Assembly (NCBI RefSeq): GCF_000210095.1 | Contig: NC_021039.1 | Location: 615,863-679,862 of the forward strand | Direction: 5' to 3' | DNA: 64,000 bases | Origin: Ruminococcus champanellensis 18P13 = JCM 17042 | GTDB taxonomy: Bacteria > Bacillota > Clostridia > Oscillospirales > Ruminococcaceae | In this document: positions 46,901-57,665 of the stretch, piece by piece | Numbering within the stretch: position 1 is the stretch's first letter | Layout: each line of letters opens with the position of its first letter | Notes under the pieces: model-generated | Databases searched by the model: none | Told to the model about the DNA's origin: nothing | Seen by the model: only the letters and a program-made list of their open reading frames with translations | Position numbers and translations under genes: made by a program

Positions 46901-46993
46901 TTCCATCCACATAAAAAGTTGTGCATAATGCACAAAGACGGTCTGTCGAAACAATGTAACTATACAATTTTTTATTTTTCCCGAAAAGGGGCT

Positions 46994-47021
46994 TTGACAA
47001 TCCCGATAAGTATGGTATAAT
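46994..47021 (+). promoter_or_regulatory. minD promoter (TTGACA-16-TATAAT)
   Basis: ttgacaatcccgataagtatggtataat. Confidence 0.6.
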
Positions 47022-47121
47022 ATAGTATGATATACTGTGTAAAGAAAGATCAAATCCGGCTGTCTGCACGCAGGCAGACATGGTTACTGTGCCGGCAAAT
47101 AGGGGAAAGGAATCTGATACT

Positions 47122-47862
47122 ATGTCAAAAGTAATTGCAGTTACGTCCGGCAAAGGCGGCACGGGCAAATCCTCCATCTGTTCCGGATTGGGGTATACCC
47201 TTGCAAAGCAGGGCAGCAGAACCCTGATCATCGAGCTGGATTTCGGTCTGCGCTGTATTGATATCATTTTCGGCATGCAGGGCAAGATCAAGTACGACCT
47301 GGGGGATGTGCTTCACAACCGGGTAAAGCCCCTGGATGCTGTAACCCAGGTGCCTATGGCAAGCAACTTGAATATTCTCTGCGCACCGAAGGACCCCTTT
47401 GCAAGCGCAACGGTGGAGCAAATCGTGGATATCTGCAAGCAGATCCGAAAATATTTTGACTATATCATCATCGACACCGGTGCCGGCATCAACTCCCATG
47501 TATTCGATATCGTGGAACAGGCCAACACCATTCTGGTTGTGACCACGCCGGATCCCATCTGCGTGCGGGATGCCCAGATGATGTCCGATGAATTCTATAA
47601 CCGTGGCAATAAGCGCCAGCGCCTGATTATCAACAAGGTCAACAAGCGTGCCATCGGCTCGGAACTGGTAAAAAGCCTGGACGAGATCATTGACACCATC
47701 GGCGTGCAGCTGATCGGCGTGATCCCGGAGGATTACGAGCTGGTCATCGCCACCGGCAAGGGTCAGCCCATCCCCTCCACTGCGCCCAGCCTGGCGGCAT
47801 TTGACGCCATTGCCAAGCGGCTCAAGGGCGAGAACGCACCGCTGACCGTGAAAATCAAGTAA
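47122..47862 (+). CDS. minD: Septum site-determining ATPase MinD (no adjacent minC/minE)
   Basis: 'IAVTSGKGGTGKS' deviant Walker A; ParA/MinD family; 246 aa. Confidence 0.8.
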   Translation: MSKVIAVTSGKGGTGKSSICSGLGYTLAKQGSRTLIIELDFGLRCIDIIFGMQGKIKYDLGDVLHNRVKPLDAVTQVPMASNLNILCAPKDPFASATVEQIVDICKQIRKYFDYIIIDTGAGINSHVFDIVEQANTILVVTTPDPICVRDAQMMSDEFYNRGNKRQRLIINKVNKRAIGSELVKSLDEIIDTIGVQLIGVIPEDYELVIATGKGQPIPSTAPSLAAFDAIAKRLKGENAPLTVKIK

Positions 47863-47931
47863 CAGTCTGCTGCCACTGTGCAGCGGTGTCTGACAGCATC
47901 ATCGCAAAAAGCGGTAGAAAGGAACGGACTT

Positions 47932-48336
47932 ATGAACATAGCATTGATTGCCCACGACTCCAAGAAGGAACTGATGATCCAGTTCTGTATTGCATACTGC
48001 GGTATCCTGTCCCGTCACAACCTGTGCGCCACCGGTACCACCGGCAAGCAGGTCAGCGAGGCTACCGGTCTGCACATTCAGCGATATCTGAGCGGTTCCC
48101 AGGGCGGCGATCAGCAGATCTGTGCCCGTATTTCCTGCAACGAGATTGATGTGCTCCTGTTTTTCCGGGATCCCATCAATCCCAAGTCCAACGAACCCAA
48201 CGATATGAACCTGCTGCGGCTGTGCGACGTACACAACGTACCGGTTGCCACCAATATTGCAACCGCAGAGGCTTTGATCCTGGCACTGGAACGGGGCGAC
48301 CTGGATTGGCGTGAAATCGGAAATCCCTCCCTGTAA
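47932..48336 (+). CDS. mgsA: Methylglyoxal synthase
   Basis: 'MNIALIAHDSKKELM', 'GTTG' and 'DPINPKSNEP' MGS motifs; 134 aa. Confidence 0.85.
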   Translation: MNIALIAHDSKKELMIQFCIAYCGILSRHNLCATGTTGKQVSEATGLHIQRYLSGSQGGDQQICARISCNEIDVLLFFRDPINPKSNEPNDMNLLRLCDVHNVPVATNIATAEALILALERGDLDWREIGNPSL

Positions 48337-48459
48337 GGCACTGCTGCGGCATATGCAGCCGTTGAATTGCCCCCATGCGGGGCAATTGCTGTTTTGTGCG
48401 GCACTGCCCGGACAACACCAATACTTCCCGAAAGGAGCTGCGCAGGGCGCAGGAAAATT

Positions 48460-49767
48460 ATGGCTTTGAATTTAAAACGACCCAACGGCACGGAGGATAT
48501 TACCCCGGCAAACATCCACAAATGGTACACCGTAGAGCAGGTAGCCCGCAGTGTGGCGCAGTCCTATGGCTTCCGGGAAATCCGCATCCCCACCTTTGAA
48601 AACACGGAGCTGTTTCAGCGCTCTGTGGGGGAGACCACGGACGTGGTGCAGAAGGAAATGTACACCGTCATGGCAAAGGAAACGAAGTTTACACTCAGAC
48701 CGGAGGGCACTGCCGGCACTATCCGTGCGATGCTGCAAAACGGGCTGCTGAATGAGGCACTGCCCCAGAAGGTGTTCTATCTGCTGTCCTGCTTCCGGCA
48801 TGAACGACCCCAGGCAGGCAGACTCCGGGAATTCCACCAGTTTGGTCTGGAAATGGCAGGAAGTGCAGAGCCTGTTGCGGATGCGGAGGTCATTTCCCTG
48901 GCAAAGGCAGTTCTGGATACGCTGGGTCTGAAGGGGATCCAGCTGTACATCAATTCCATCGGCTGCCCCACCTGTCGGGCGGAATACCACAAGGCGCTGC
49001 GGGCATACTTTGAAGCCCGGAAGGATCAGCTTTGCGACACCTGTCTGTCCCGATTGGAGAAGAATCCCATGCGGATCCTGGACTGCAAGAGCCCTATTTG
49101 CGGAGAGCTTGGAAAGGACGCTCCGGTGATCCTGGATTACCTGTGTGAGGACTGCAAGACCCACTTTGAAAAGCTCCAGGGCTATCTGAAGGCGATGGAC
49201 ATTGATTTTTCCATCAACCCCAAGATCGTCCGGGGTCTGGATTATTACACAAAGACCGTGTTTGAATTCGTCACCACCGACATCGGCGCCCAGGGTACCG
49301 TATGCGGCGGCGGCAGATATGACGGACTCATCGAGGAGCTGGGTGGACAGCATCAGCCTGCCCTGGGCTTTGCAATGGGGATTGAGCGGCTGCTGCTGAC
49401 CATGGAGAGCCAGGGCTGTGACTTCCTGGAACCCAATCACTGCGATCTGTACATTGCCACCATGGATCCGGAAGGGGTCAGCCGTGCCATGCAGTATGCA
49501 AACCTGCTGCGGCAGGAGGGCTTCTGGGTGGAATATGACCTGCTGGGTCGCAGCTTCAAGTCCCAGATGAAATATGCGGACAAGATCGGCACCTCTTATC
49601 TGCTGGTGCTGGGTGAAAATGAGCTGACCACGGGGAATGCAAACCTGAAGAATATGAAGACCGGAGAGCAGACGCCTCTCCTGCTGGATGACAGCTTTGT
49701 GGATTCGTTCACCAATGTTGCTATGTACGGCATGTTTGACGGAGTAATGGACGAGATATCCTTTTAA
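48460..49767 (+). CDS. hisS: Histidine--tRNA ligase
   Basis: Class II aaRS motifs 'YTVMAKETKFTLRPEGTAG', 'FRHERPQAGRLREFHQ', 'GGGRYDGL'. Confidence 0.95.
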   Translation: MALNLKRPNGTEDITPANIHKWYTVEQVARSVAQSYGFREIRIPTFENTELFQRSVGETTDVVQKEMYTVMAKETKFTLRPEGTAGTIRAMLQNGLLNEALPQKVFYLLSCFRHERPQAGRLREFHQFGLEMAGSAEPVADAEVISLAKAVLDTLGLKGIQLYINSIGCPTCRAEYHKALRAYFEARKDQLCDTCLSRLEKNPMRILDCKSPICGELGKDAPVILDYLCEDCKTHFEKLQGYLKAMDIDFSINPKIVRGLDYYTKTVFEFVTTDIGAQGTVCGGGRYDGLIEELGGQHQPALGFAMGIERLLLTMESQGCDFLEPNHCDLYIATMDPEGVSRAMQYANLLRQEGFWVEYDLLGRSFKSQMKYADKIGTSYLLVLGENELTTGNANLKNMKTGEQTPLLLDDSFVDSFTNVAMYGMFDGVMDEISF

Positions 49768-49812
49768 TGGAACAACGGAAAGGAGCATAGTCCGCTTGGG
49801 CGGGCGAACAGG

Positions 49813-51588
49813 ATGATGGATACAATGAAGGGCTTGAAACGGACACATTTCTGCGGAGAGGTAAGCCAGATCGGCACGGAGGCTGTGGTATGCGGTTTCG
49901 TGCAGAAGGTGCGCAATCTTGGCACCCTGCTGTTTATTGACCTGCGGGATCGTACCGGCGTGGTACAGCTGGCATTCAACGAAACCCAGCAGCCGGAGCT
50001 GTTTGCAAAGGCAGAGACCTGCCGGGGCGAGTATGTGCTGATGGCACACGGTACCGTCAAGGAACGGGAGAGCATCAACCACGATATGAAAAACGGCAAC
50101 GTGGAACTGGTGGTGGATGATCTGCGGATCCTGAACAAGGCGCAGACGCCCCCCTTTGAGATCACAAGCGATACCAAGGTCAACGAGGAGCTGCGGCTCA
50201 AGTACCGGTATCTGGATCTGCGCCGGGCACCCCTGCAGCGGAACCTGGTCATGCGGCATCAGATTGCCAAGGCGGCAAGAGAGTATTTCTACGCCAACGA
50301 TTTTATCGAGATCGAGACCCCTATGATGATGAAATCCACCCCGGAGGGGGCACGGGATTATCTGATTCCCTCCCGGGTGCATCCGGGCAAGTTCTATGCT
50401 CTGCCCCAGTCCCCCCAAATCTACAAGCAACTGCTGATGGTTGCAGGCATGGATCGGTACATTCAGCTGGCACGGTGCTTCCGGGATGAGGATCTCCGGG
50501 CGGACCGGCAGCCGGAATTCACCCAGATCGACCTGGAAATGTCCTTTGTAGACGTGGAGGATATCCTCCAGATGGCGGAGGGCTTTGTACATCATGTGTT
50601 TCAGCAGGTGCTGGGCAGAGAGATTCCCCTGCCCCTGCCCCGTCTGTCCTATGCAGAGGCCATGAACCGGTTTGGCTCTGATAAGCCGGATACCCGATAC
50701 GGTATGGAGATCCAGGACATCAGCGAATATGTGAAGGACTGCGGCTTTGGGGTATTTACCGGTGCCATCGAAGCCGGGGGCAGCGTCCGTGCCATTGTGG
50801 CAAAGCAGGCGGCAGGCACCCTGACCCGGAAAGAGATCGACAAGCTCACGGAAATGGTCAAGGGCATCGGTGCCAAGGGTCTGGCATTCATTCGCTGGGT
50901 GGAGGAAAAGCCCAGTTGCTCCTTCGGGAAATTTGTGGGGGAGGACAAGCTCCATGAGATCCTCCAGGCACTGGATTGCCAGCAGGGGGACGTGGTGCTG
51001 ATCGTGGCAGATAAGAACAAGGTGACTCTGCCGGTACTGGGGGCACTGCGTCAGACCGTGGCACGGAAGCTGGATCTGATCCCGGAGGGGCAGTTCAACT
51101 TCCTGTGGATCACCCAGATGCCCTTCTTCGAGTGGGATGAGGACAACAACTGCTGGATGGCAATGCACCACCCCTTCACCATGCCGGAGGATGACTGTCT
51201 CCAGTATCTGGACAGCGCCCCGGAAAAGGTCATTGCCAAGGCGTTTGACCTGGTGCTGAACGGCACGGAGCTTTCCTCCGGATCCATTCGTATCACCAAC
51301 TACGAGCTGCAGCAGAAGATGTTCCAGGCGCTGGGTCTGACCGACGAGGAGATCGAAGCCAAGTTCGGTTTCCTGGTGGAGGCATACCGGTTTGGTGCGC
51401 CGCCTCACGGTGGCATGGGTATCGGTCTGGATCGTCTGGCAATGGTGATGCTGGGCGTGGACAGCCTGCGGGATGTAACCGCATTCCCCAAGGTGCAGAA
51501 CGCCAGCGAGCTGATGTCTGCATGCCCCTCCGCAGTGGACAAGGAAAATCTGGATATTCTGGGCATTGCCGTAACGGAAACGGAATAA
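49813..51588 (+). CDS. aspS: Aspartate--tRNA ligase (start may be ATG 49825)
   Basis: 'KRTHFCGEV' N-terminus, OB anticodon-binding domain, 'FRDEDLRADRQPEFTQIDLEMSF', 'GAPPHGGMGIGLDRL'. Confidence 0.95.
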   Translation: MMDTMKGLKRTHFCGEVSQIGTEAVVCGFVQKVRNLGTLLFIDLRDRTGVVQLAFNETQQPELFAKAETCRGEYVLMAHGTVKERESINHDMKNGNVELVVDDLRILNKAQTPPFEITSDTKVNEELRLKYRYLDLRRAPLQRNLVMRHQIAKAAREYFYANDFIEIETPMMMKSTPEGARDYLIPSRVHPGKFYALPQSPQIYKQLLMVAGMDRYIQLARCFRDEDLRADRQPEFTQIDLEMSFVDVEDILQMAEGFVHHVFQQVLGREIPLPLPRLSYAEAMNRFGSDKPDTRYGMEIQDISEYVKDCGFGVFTGAIEAGGSVRAIVAKQAAGTLTRKEIDKLTEMVKGIGAKGLAFIRWVEEKPSCSFGKFVGEDKLHEILQALDCQQGDVVLIVADKNKVTLPVLGALRQTVARKLDLIPEGQFNFLWITQMPFFEWDEDNNCWMAMHHPFTMPEDDCLQYLDSAPEKVIAKAFDLVLNGTELSSGSIRITNYELQQKMFQALGLTDEEIEAKFGFLVEAYRFGAPPHGGMGIGLDRLAMVMLGVDSLRDVTAFPKVQNASELMSACPSAVDKENLDILGIAVTETE

Positions 51589-51661
51589 GCCCAGGCAGAA
51601 CGATAAAACAAGCCCGGAAGCGATGGAAAACCGCTTCCGGGCTTTTGCTTGCTTCGATTGG

Positions 51662-52540
51662 TTAGCTGCGGCTGACGATGCGGATGCTGTGCTTGAGGGT
51701 CTTGCACGTCACCGCATAGAGAACTACTGCATGCAGGGCGTTGCAGCATTTCTGTGCCATGAGGCCGGTGTCAAAAATGCCGAACACTGCCGAGCCGCTG
51801 CCGGTCATCAAGGCGCATTGCGCCCCCATGTCCATCATGATCTGCTTGATCTGGGTAACCTCCTCCAGGTTTGTGGCGGCTTCAAACAGATTGCCGCACT
51901 CGGGAATGGCATCCCAATACCGCCCGTTCCGGAGGAAGTCAATGACCCTTGCGGTATCCGGATGCACCGGATCCGTCAACTGGTCGATCCGCCGGTATGC
52001 CTCCGGGGTGGACACACCTGCTTTGCCTTTGGCGATTACCATGGGCAGAGCAGGCATGGGCGGCAAAGGCTCCAGGATCTCTCCCATGCCGGACACATGC
52101 ATCGTGCCGCCCGTCAGAAAGAAGGGCACGTCCGCCCCCACCTGTGCGGCGATCTCGCACTGCTCCTGCAGGGACATGCGGCAGCCCAGCAGCCAGTTGA
52201 GAGCAGCGATTACCGCAGCTCCATCGGAGCTGCCACCGCCCAGACCTGCCTGGGAGGGAATGTGCTTTTCAATGTGAATGTGAATGCCATCCCAGCGATG
52301 CGCATGCTTCAGAAACAGCTGAGCCGCCTGGTAGGCGATATTTTTCTGATTGCAAGGGAGATATTTGTTGGTGCTGGATAGGGTGATGCCGGGGGTATCC
52401 ACCCGAGTCAACGTGAGTGCATCGTAAATGCCAACTGCCTGGAAGACGCTTTCGATGCTGTGATACCCGTCATCCCGCTTGCCCACCACATCCAGAGTCA
52501 GATTTACCTTTGCCGGGGTGCGTACCTGGATTTCTCTCAT
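51662..52540 (-). CDS. ispE: 4-(cytidine 5'-diphospho)-2-C-methyl-D-erythritol kinase
   Basis: GHMP kinase: 'PAKVNLTLDV', 'PSQAGLGGGSSDGAA'. Confidence 0.9.
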   Translation of the reverse strand: MREIQVRTPAKVNLTLDVVGKRDDGYHSIESVFQAVGIYDALTLTRVDTPGITLSSTNKYLPCNQKNIAYQAAQLFLKHAHRWDGIHIHIEKHIPSQAGLGGGSSDGAAVIAALNWLLGCRMSLQEQCEIAAQVGADVPFFLTGGTMHVSGMGEILEPLPPMPALPMVIAKGKAGVSTPEAYRRIDQLTDPVHPDTARVIDFLRNGRYWDAIPECGNLFEAATNLEEVTQIKQIMMDMGAQCALMTGSGSAVFGIFDTGLMAQKCCNALHAVVLYAVTCKTLKHSIRIVSRS

Positions 52541-53718
52541 ATTTGACCTGCCTTTCCGGAAGCAAGGAATGCCTCGATCCGATCCAGTGCCATCATCAGA
52601 TGCTTGAGGGAGTATGCGTAGGACACCCGGACAAAGCCCTCGCCACTGTCGCCGAATGCGTTGCCGGGCACCACAGCCACCTTCTGCTGGTTGAGCAGTG
52701 CCTCACAGAATGCCTCACTGCTCATGCCGGTGCTGCGGATGCAGGGGAATACATAGAACGCCCCCTCTGGATTGAAGCAGGGGAGTCCGATCTCGTTGAA
52801 CCGCTCCACCAGGTATCGCCGCCGGATGTTATACTCGTCCACCATCCGGCGCACGTCCTCGTCACAGCTTTGCAGTGCCTGGATGGCAGCGTACTGACTG
52901 ATGGTGGGGGAGCACATAATGGTATACTGGTGAATTTTCACTGTCTGCTTGATGATGGGTGCGGGGGCAGCCACATACCCCAGCCGCCAGCCGGTCATGG
53001 CAAACGCCTTGGAGAAGCCGTTCACCAGAATGGTGCGCTCCTGCATGCCCTCGATCTGGGCGATGGAGCAGTGGGTTCTGCCGTAGGTCAGCTCCGAGTA
53101 GATCTCATCGGACAGCACCAGAATGTTGGTGCCCCGGAGCACCTCTGCGATTTTCTCCAGTTCCTCCCGGGTCATGATGGCACCGGTGGGATTGTTGGGG
53201 AAGGGTAGTACCAGCAGCTTGGTGCGGGGGGTAATATGACTGCGGAGGATCTCCGGGGTCAGCTTGAAGGAATCCTCCAGACGGGTGGCCATGGGCACGG
53301 GTACGCCCCCTGCCAGCCGGACGATGGGAGCATAGCACACGAAGGATGGCTCCACGATCAGAACCTCGTCCCCTGGATTGATGAGGGCACGGATGGAAAT
53401 ATCAATGGCCTCGGAGCCGCCCACAGTAACGATCAGCTCCGTTTTCGGATCGTATGTAATCCCCTGTTTCCGGTTCAGATAATTACAGATCTCCCGGCGC
53501 AGATCCAGCAGTCCCGCATTGGCACTGTAAATGATCCGGCGCTTCTCCAGGGTCTGGATGGCAGTACTGCGAACTACCCAAGGGGTCTGGAAATCCGGCT
53601 CGCCCACCCCCAGACTGATGACCCCTTCCATGTTTTCCGCCAGATCGAAGAATTTCCGGATACCGGAGGGCTTGATCTGCTGAATGGTGCTGGAAAGCAG
53701 CTTTTCGTATTCTATCAC
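52537..53718 (-). CDS. PLP-dependent aminotransferase, class I (aspartate/aromatic aminotransferase-like)
   Basis: 'PSGIRKFFDLA', 'ISLGVGEPDF', Lys-containing 'NGFSKAFAMTGWRLGY'. Confidence 0.85.
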   Translation of the reverse strand: MIEYEKLLSSTIQQIKPSGIRKFFDLAENMEGVISLGVGEPDFQTPWVVRSTAIQTLEKRRIIYSANAGLLDLRREICNYLNRKQGITYDPKTELIVTVGGSEAIDISIRALINPGDEVLIVEPSFVCYAPIVRLAGGVPVPMATRLEDSFKLTPEILRSHITPRTKLLVLPFPNNPTGAIMTREELEKIAEVLRGTNILVLSDEIYSELTYGRTHCSIAQIEGMQERTILVNGFSKAFAMTGWRLGYVAAPAPIIKQTVKIHQYTIMCSPTISQYAAIQALQSCDEDVRRMVDEYNIRRRYLVERFNEIGLPCFNPEGAFYVFPCIRSTGMSSEAFCEALLNQQKVAVVPGNAFGDSGEGFVRVSYAYSLKHLMMALDRIEAFLASGKAGQI

Positions 53719-54194
53719 GGTGAAACCATACCCCTCTCGTCAATAGGCTCCTGTTCGATGAAGATGCCCTTTTCCTTATAGCGTTTGAGGACGAAGTGGG
53801 TGGCAGTGGACAGCACCCCGTCAATGGTGGACAGGCGCTGCGCCACGAACAGGGCAATCACCTTCAGGCTGGAGCCGGTTACGGTAACAGCCAGGTCATA
53901 GGCACCGGACATGAGGGATACGCTTTCCACCTCGTCATACATCATCACCGTCTTGGCAAGATCCTCAAAGCCGCAGTCCCGCTTGGGAGTCACCTTCAGT
54001 TCAATGAAGGCAGTCACCGTGTCCTTGTTGGCAAGCTCATCGTTAAGCACTACGCTGTAGCCCTTGATGATGCCGTCCTCCTCCAGCTTCTTGATCTGTG
54101 CCGCCACCTCTGCCGGGGTGATTCCCAGCATGGCACCCAGCTCCTCGTTGGACAGACGGGCGTTCTGCTTGAGCAAATGCAGTAGTTCGTTCAT
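53715..54194 (-). CDS. Lrp/AsnC-family transcriptional regulator
   Basis: N-terminal HTH 'ARLSNEELGAMLGITPAEVAAQIKKLEEDGIIKGY' plus RAM domain. Confidence 0.85.
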   Translation of the reverse strand: MNELLHLLKQNARLSNEELGAMLGITPAEVAAQIKKLEEDGIIKGYSVVLNDELANKDTVTAFIELKVTPKRDCGFEDLAKTVMMYDEVESVSLMSGAYDLAVTVTGSSLKVIALFVAQRLSTIDGVLSTATHFVLKRYKEKGIFIEQEPIDERGMVSP

Positions 54195-54212
54195 GTGATA
54201 ACCTCCTGTTCA

Positions 54213-55055
54213 TCAATCCGCAAGCTTTAAAAACTGCGGTTCGTGTTTTTCAAAGTAGGCGATATTTGTAAATCCGGCTGCCCGGGCAATGTCCAGTCCC
54301 TGGGCAATGCCCTTTCCCAGATCCAGATTGGAATGGGCGTCGGAACCGATGGTGAGGATTTCTCCCCCCAGATCCCGGTACAGCTTCAGACATTCCAGAT
54401 TGGGGAAGGTATCCCCGTATGCCTGCCGCAGACCGGAGGTGTTGATCTCGATGCCCTTGCCCTTGGCAATGACGATCCGGAAGATCTCCGCCAGTTCCTC
54501 CCTGTAGGGGGCAAGCTCCAGGTGTATCCCTGCTGCCGCCATATACCGGAGGGCGTAGGTGATATGCCCCAGCACATCGTAGGTATCGGTGCTGGCAAGC
54601 CGGGCAATTTCCTGCAAATTTTCATGAAACAGTGCGGCAGCATCCACCTTGCTGTAATCCAGAAAGGCGAAATCATCCCAGCCGGGTAGCTGGTGCATGG
54701 AGCCGATGACGAAATCCAGCCGCACGTCTGCGTATACATGCTCCGCCAGTGCAAGCTCATGGGTGGCTTGTCCCAACTCAATGCCGCACAGCAGCTTCAC
54801 CCCGGCGGGGGTATGAGCCTTGGCGGCGGTGTTCTCCTGCATGGACAGCTCAAAGTCCCTGCTGAAATCGTAGGTATCATAGCCGTTTGGCTCCACGCCG
54901 TAGTGGGCAAGGCTGAAGAATCGGTTGACCTCGCAGTGATCCGTCACCGCCAGCACGCCGATGCCCAGCTCTGCCGCCCGGGCGCATCGCTCCAGGACGC
55001 TTTCGTTTTCCCCGTCCGGAGAATTGTGGGTGTGATTGTGGCAATCTATCAGCAT
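54213..55055 (-). CDS. PHP-family phosphoesterase (histidinol-phosphatase HisJ/HisK-like)
   Basis: 'MLIDCHNHTHNSPDG', 'VLAVTDHCE', later 'GSDAHS' PHP metal-binding motifs. Confidence 0.75.
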   Translation of the reverse strand: MLIDCHNHTHNSPDGENESVLERCARAAELGIGVLAVTDHCEVNRFFSLAHYGVEPNGYDTYDFSRDFELSMQENTAAKAHTPAGVKLLCGIELGQATHELALAEHVYADVRLDFVIGSMHQLPGWDDFAFLDYSKVDAAALFHENLQEIARLASTDTYDVLGHITYALRYMAAAGIHLELAPYREELAEIFRIVIAKGKGIEINTSGLRQAYGDTFPNLECLKLYRDLGGEILTIGSDAHSNLDLGKGIAQGLDIARAAGFTNIAYFEKHEPQFLKLAD

Positions 55056-55242
55056 AGCATCTCATCCTTTGGTGTGGGTTTTCTCTATTATATCATATAT
55101 TTGCGGAAAGGAAAAGTAGCAGCAGAAAAAAATTGCACCGGGGCACGGACGAAAAATTGTGCAAAGGGCTTTCTTTTTCCTTGGGCTTGTGGTATACTAA
55201 TATAGAACGTCATGTTTGAAACTGAATCTGGAGGATTTACAT

Positions 55243-55512
55243 ATGAGAGCGGTTGTAACTGTAATCGGCAAAGACAATGTAGGCATTCTGCATCAGGTCA
55301 GCGGCATTTGCGCTGAGTACCGGGCAAATGTGATCGAGGTGACCCAGAGCGTGCTGCAGGATCTGTTCGCTATGATCATGCTGGTGGACATTTCCGCTAT
55401 GACCACGGATTTTGCCGTGCTGTCTGACCGGATGAACCAGCTGGGAGAAGAACTGGGTCTGTCCATTCACACCATGCACGAGGACATTTTTAATTCCATG
55501 CACCGGATCTGA
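55243..55512 (+). CDS. ACT-domain protein (UPF0237 family)
   Basis: 90 aa 'MRAVVTVIGKDNVGILHQVSGICAEY'; conserved partner of the following UPF0210 gene. Confidence 0.8.
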   Translation: MRAVVTVIGKDNVGILHQVSGICAEYRANVIEVTQSVLQDLFAMIMLVDISAMTTDFAVLSDRMNQLGEELGLSIHTMHEDIFNSMHRI

Positions 55513-55530
55513 TGGGAAAGGACTGCTGAT

Positions 55531-56889
55531 ATGCTGAATGTATACGATATTCTCGAAACCATCCGCATGATCCAGGACGAGTGCCTGGACATCCGTACCA
55601 TCACCATGGGCATTTCCCTGCTGGACTGTATCGATCCGGACATTGACCGTGCCTGTGAAAAGGTGTATGAAAAGATCACCACCCGGGCAAAGAATCTGGT
55701 GTCCGTGGGGCAACAGATCGAGACCGAGTACGGCATTCCCATCATCAACAAGCGGATCTCCGTGACCCCCATTGCCATGCTCTGCGGCGCATGCAAGGGG
55801 GGCGACCCGGTGAAGTTCGCAAAGGCATTGCAGCGTGCGGCGGACGCTTGTGGGGTCAACTTCATCGGCGGTTATTCCGCACTGGTGCAGAAGGGCTTTT
55901 CCGCCGGGGATCTGGAGCTGATCCATTCCATCCCGGAGGCTCTGGATGTGACCACAAATCTTTGCTCCTCCGTCAACATCGGCTCCAGCAAGGCAGGCAT
56001 CAATATGGACGCAGTTGCCCTGATGGGCGGTATCATCCGCCAGTCTGCGGAGCTGACTGCGGATCGGCAGTGCGTAGGCCCCTCCAAGCTGGTGGTGCTG
56101 TGCAATGCACCGGAGGATAACCCCTTTATGGCTGGTGCGTTCCACGGGGTGGGAGAGCCGGACTGCGTCATCAACGTGGGTGTATCCGGCCCCGGCGTGG
56201 TACGGGCAGCCCTTGCAAAGCACCCGGATGCCAGCATCAACGAAATCGCTGATATCATTAAAAAGACCGCCTTTAAGATCACCCGGATGGGTCAGCTGGT
56301 GGGAGCACGGGCTTCCGAAATGCTGGATGTGCCCTTCGGCATCGTGGATCTGTCCCTGGCACCCACTCCGGCAGTGGGGGACAGCGTTGCCCATATTCTG
56401 GAGGAGATCGGTCTGGAGTGCTGCGGCACCCACGGTACCACGGCGGCTCTGGCGCTGCTCAATGACGCAGTGAAGAAGGGCGGCGTAATGGCATCCTCCA
56501 ACGTAGGTGGTCTGTCCGGTGCTTTCATTCCCGTGTCCGAGGATGCAGGCATGATCGCTGCCGCAGAAAACGGCACCCTGCGGCTGGAAAAGCTGGAGGC
56601 TATGACTGCGGTATGCTCCGTGGGTCTGGACATGGTTGTGGTTCCGGGGGATACCCCGGCGGAGACTATTTCTGCCATCATCGCAGACGAGGCTGCCATC
56701 GGCATGGTGAACAACAAGACCACGGCGGTGCGGCTGATCCCTGCCATCGGCAAGAAGGAAGGGGATATCCTGGAGTTTGGCGGTCTGTTCGGCAGCGGCC
56801 CCATTATGCAGATCAATCGGAAGTCCCCGGCAAAGTTCATTGCCCGGGGCGGCAGGATCCCGGCGCCCATGCACAGCATCAAGAACTGA
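55531..56889 (+). CDS. UPF0210 / PFL-like (DUF711) family protein
   Basis: 452 aa; '[13 protein letters not shown]' N-terminus typical of UPF0210 proteins paired with ACT proteins. Confidence 0.8.
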   Translation: MLNVYDILETIRMIQDECLDIRTITMGISLLDCIDPDIDRACEKVYEKITTRAKNLVSVGQQIETEYGIPIINKRISVTPIAMLCGACKGGDPVKFAKALQRAADACGVNFIGGYSALVQKGFSAGDLELIHSIPEALDVTTNLCSSVNIGSSKAGINMDAVALMGGIIRQSAELTADRQCVGPSKLVVLCNAPEDNPFMAGAFHGVGEPDCVINVGVSGPGVVRAALAKHPDASINEIADIIKKTAFKITRMGQLVGARASEMLDVPFGIVDLSLAPTPAVGDSVAHILEEIGLECCGTHGTTAALALLNDAVKKGGVMASSNVGGLSGAFIPVSEDAGMIAAAENGTLRLEKLEAMTAVCSVGLDMVVVPGDTPAETISAIIADEAAIGMVNNKTTAVRLIPAIGKKEGDILEFGGLFGSGPIMQINRKSPAKFIARGGRIPAPMHSIKN

Positions 56890-56919
56890 TTCCACATACA
56901 AACAGAACCCCTGCTGCGG

Positions 56920-57645
56920 TCATTCCGCAGCAGGGGTTTTCTGCTTAGTAAAGAATCCGTTTGCCATGGCGATCTCGTCATCCGTAGGCGTCGGGGTATC
57001 CGCCAGCTTGCAGGGGATCCCCAGAGCTTCCCACTTGTACAGCCCCATGGTATGATAGGGCAGCAGCTCCACCCGTTTTACGCATCGGTAGCCGGACAGC
57101 TTTTCCGCCAGTCGCCGGAGCTTGTCCGGATTCAGGGTATAGCCGGGCACCAGCACATGCCGGATCCATACCTCCTTGCCGGTCTGTTCGCAGTGATCCA
57201 GAGTGGCAAGGGCGTTTTCGTTGGTTTTTCCGGTCAGCGTCCGGCAATCCTCCGGGTCAATGTCCTTGATGTCCAGCAGAAGCATGTTCGCCAGATCAAT
57301 GGCATGCCGGGACTGGGACAGGGGAATGGAGCCGCTGGTGTCAATGGCGGTGTGGAAGCCCTCCTGCCGGCAAAGCGTCAGCAGCTCCTCACAGAATGCA
57401 GGCTGCATCAAAGGCTCTCCGCCGGAAAGGGTCACGCCTCCCCGCAGCAGAAAGCTGCGCTCACTGCGGATCTTCTCCATTACCTGGGGCGGCGTCATGC
57501 ACAGAGTCTGCTTCTGCTCCCAGGTATCTGGATTGTGACAGTACAGGCACCGGAGGGGACAGCCGGACAGAAATACCACAAAGCGGATGCCGGGGCCGTC
57601 CACTGCGCCGAAGCTTTCCAGGGAATGCAGATAGCCGGTGGTCAT
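56920..57645 (-). CDS. pflA: Pyruvate formate-lyase activating enzyme (radical SAM)
   Basis: 'GPGIRFVVFLSGCPLRCLYCHNPDTW' CxxxCxxC cluster. Confidence 0.9.
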   Translation of the reverse strand: MTTGYLHSLESFGAVDGPGIRFVVFLSGCPLRCLYCHNPDTWEQKQTLCMTPPQVMEKIRSERSFLLRGGVTLSGGEPLMQPAFCEELLTLCRQEGFHTAIDTSGSIPLSQSRHAIDLANMLLLDIKDIDPEDCRTLTGKTNENALATLDHCEQTGKEVWIRHVLVPGYTLNPDKLRRLAEKLSGYRCVKRVELLPYHTMGLYKWEALGIPCKLADTPTPTDDEIAMANGFFTKQKTPAAE

Positions 57646-57665
57646 GGGGATTCCTCCTTCCGGGA

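Noticed and set aside
48337-48459. T-box leader upstream of hisS
   Set aside because: Only ~120 nt are available and they are mostly occupied by the mgsA terminator hairpin; no specifier loop/T-box (AATTAGGGTGGNACCGCG) sequence is seen.
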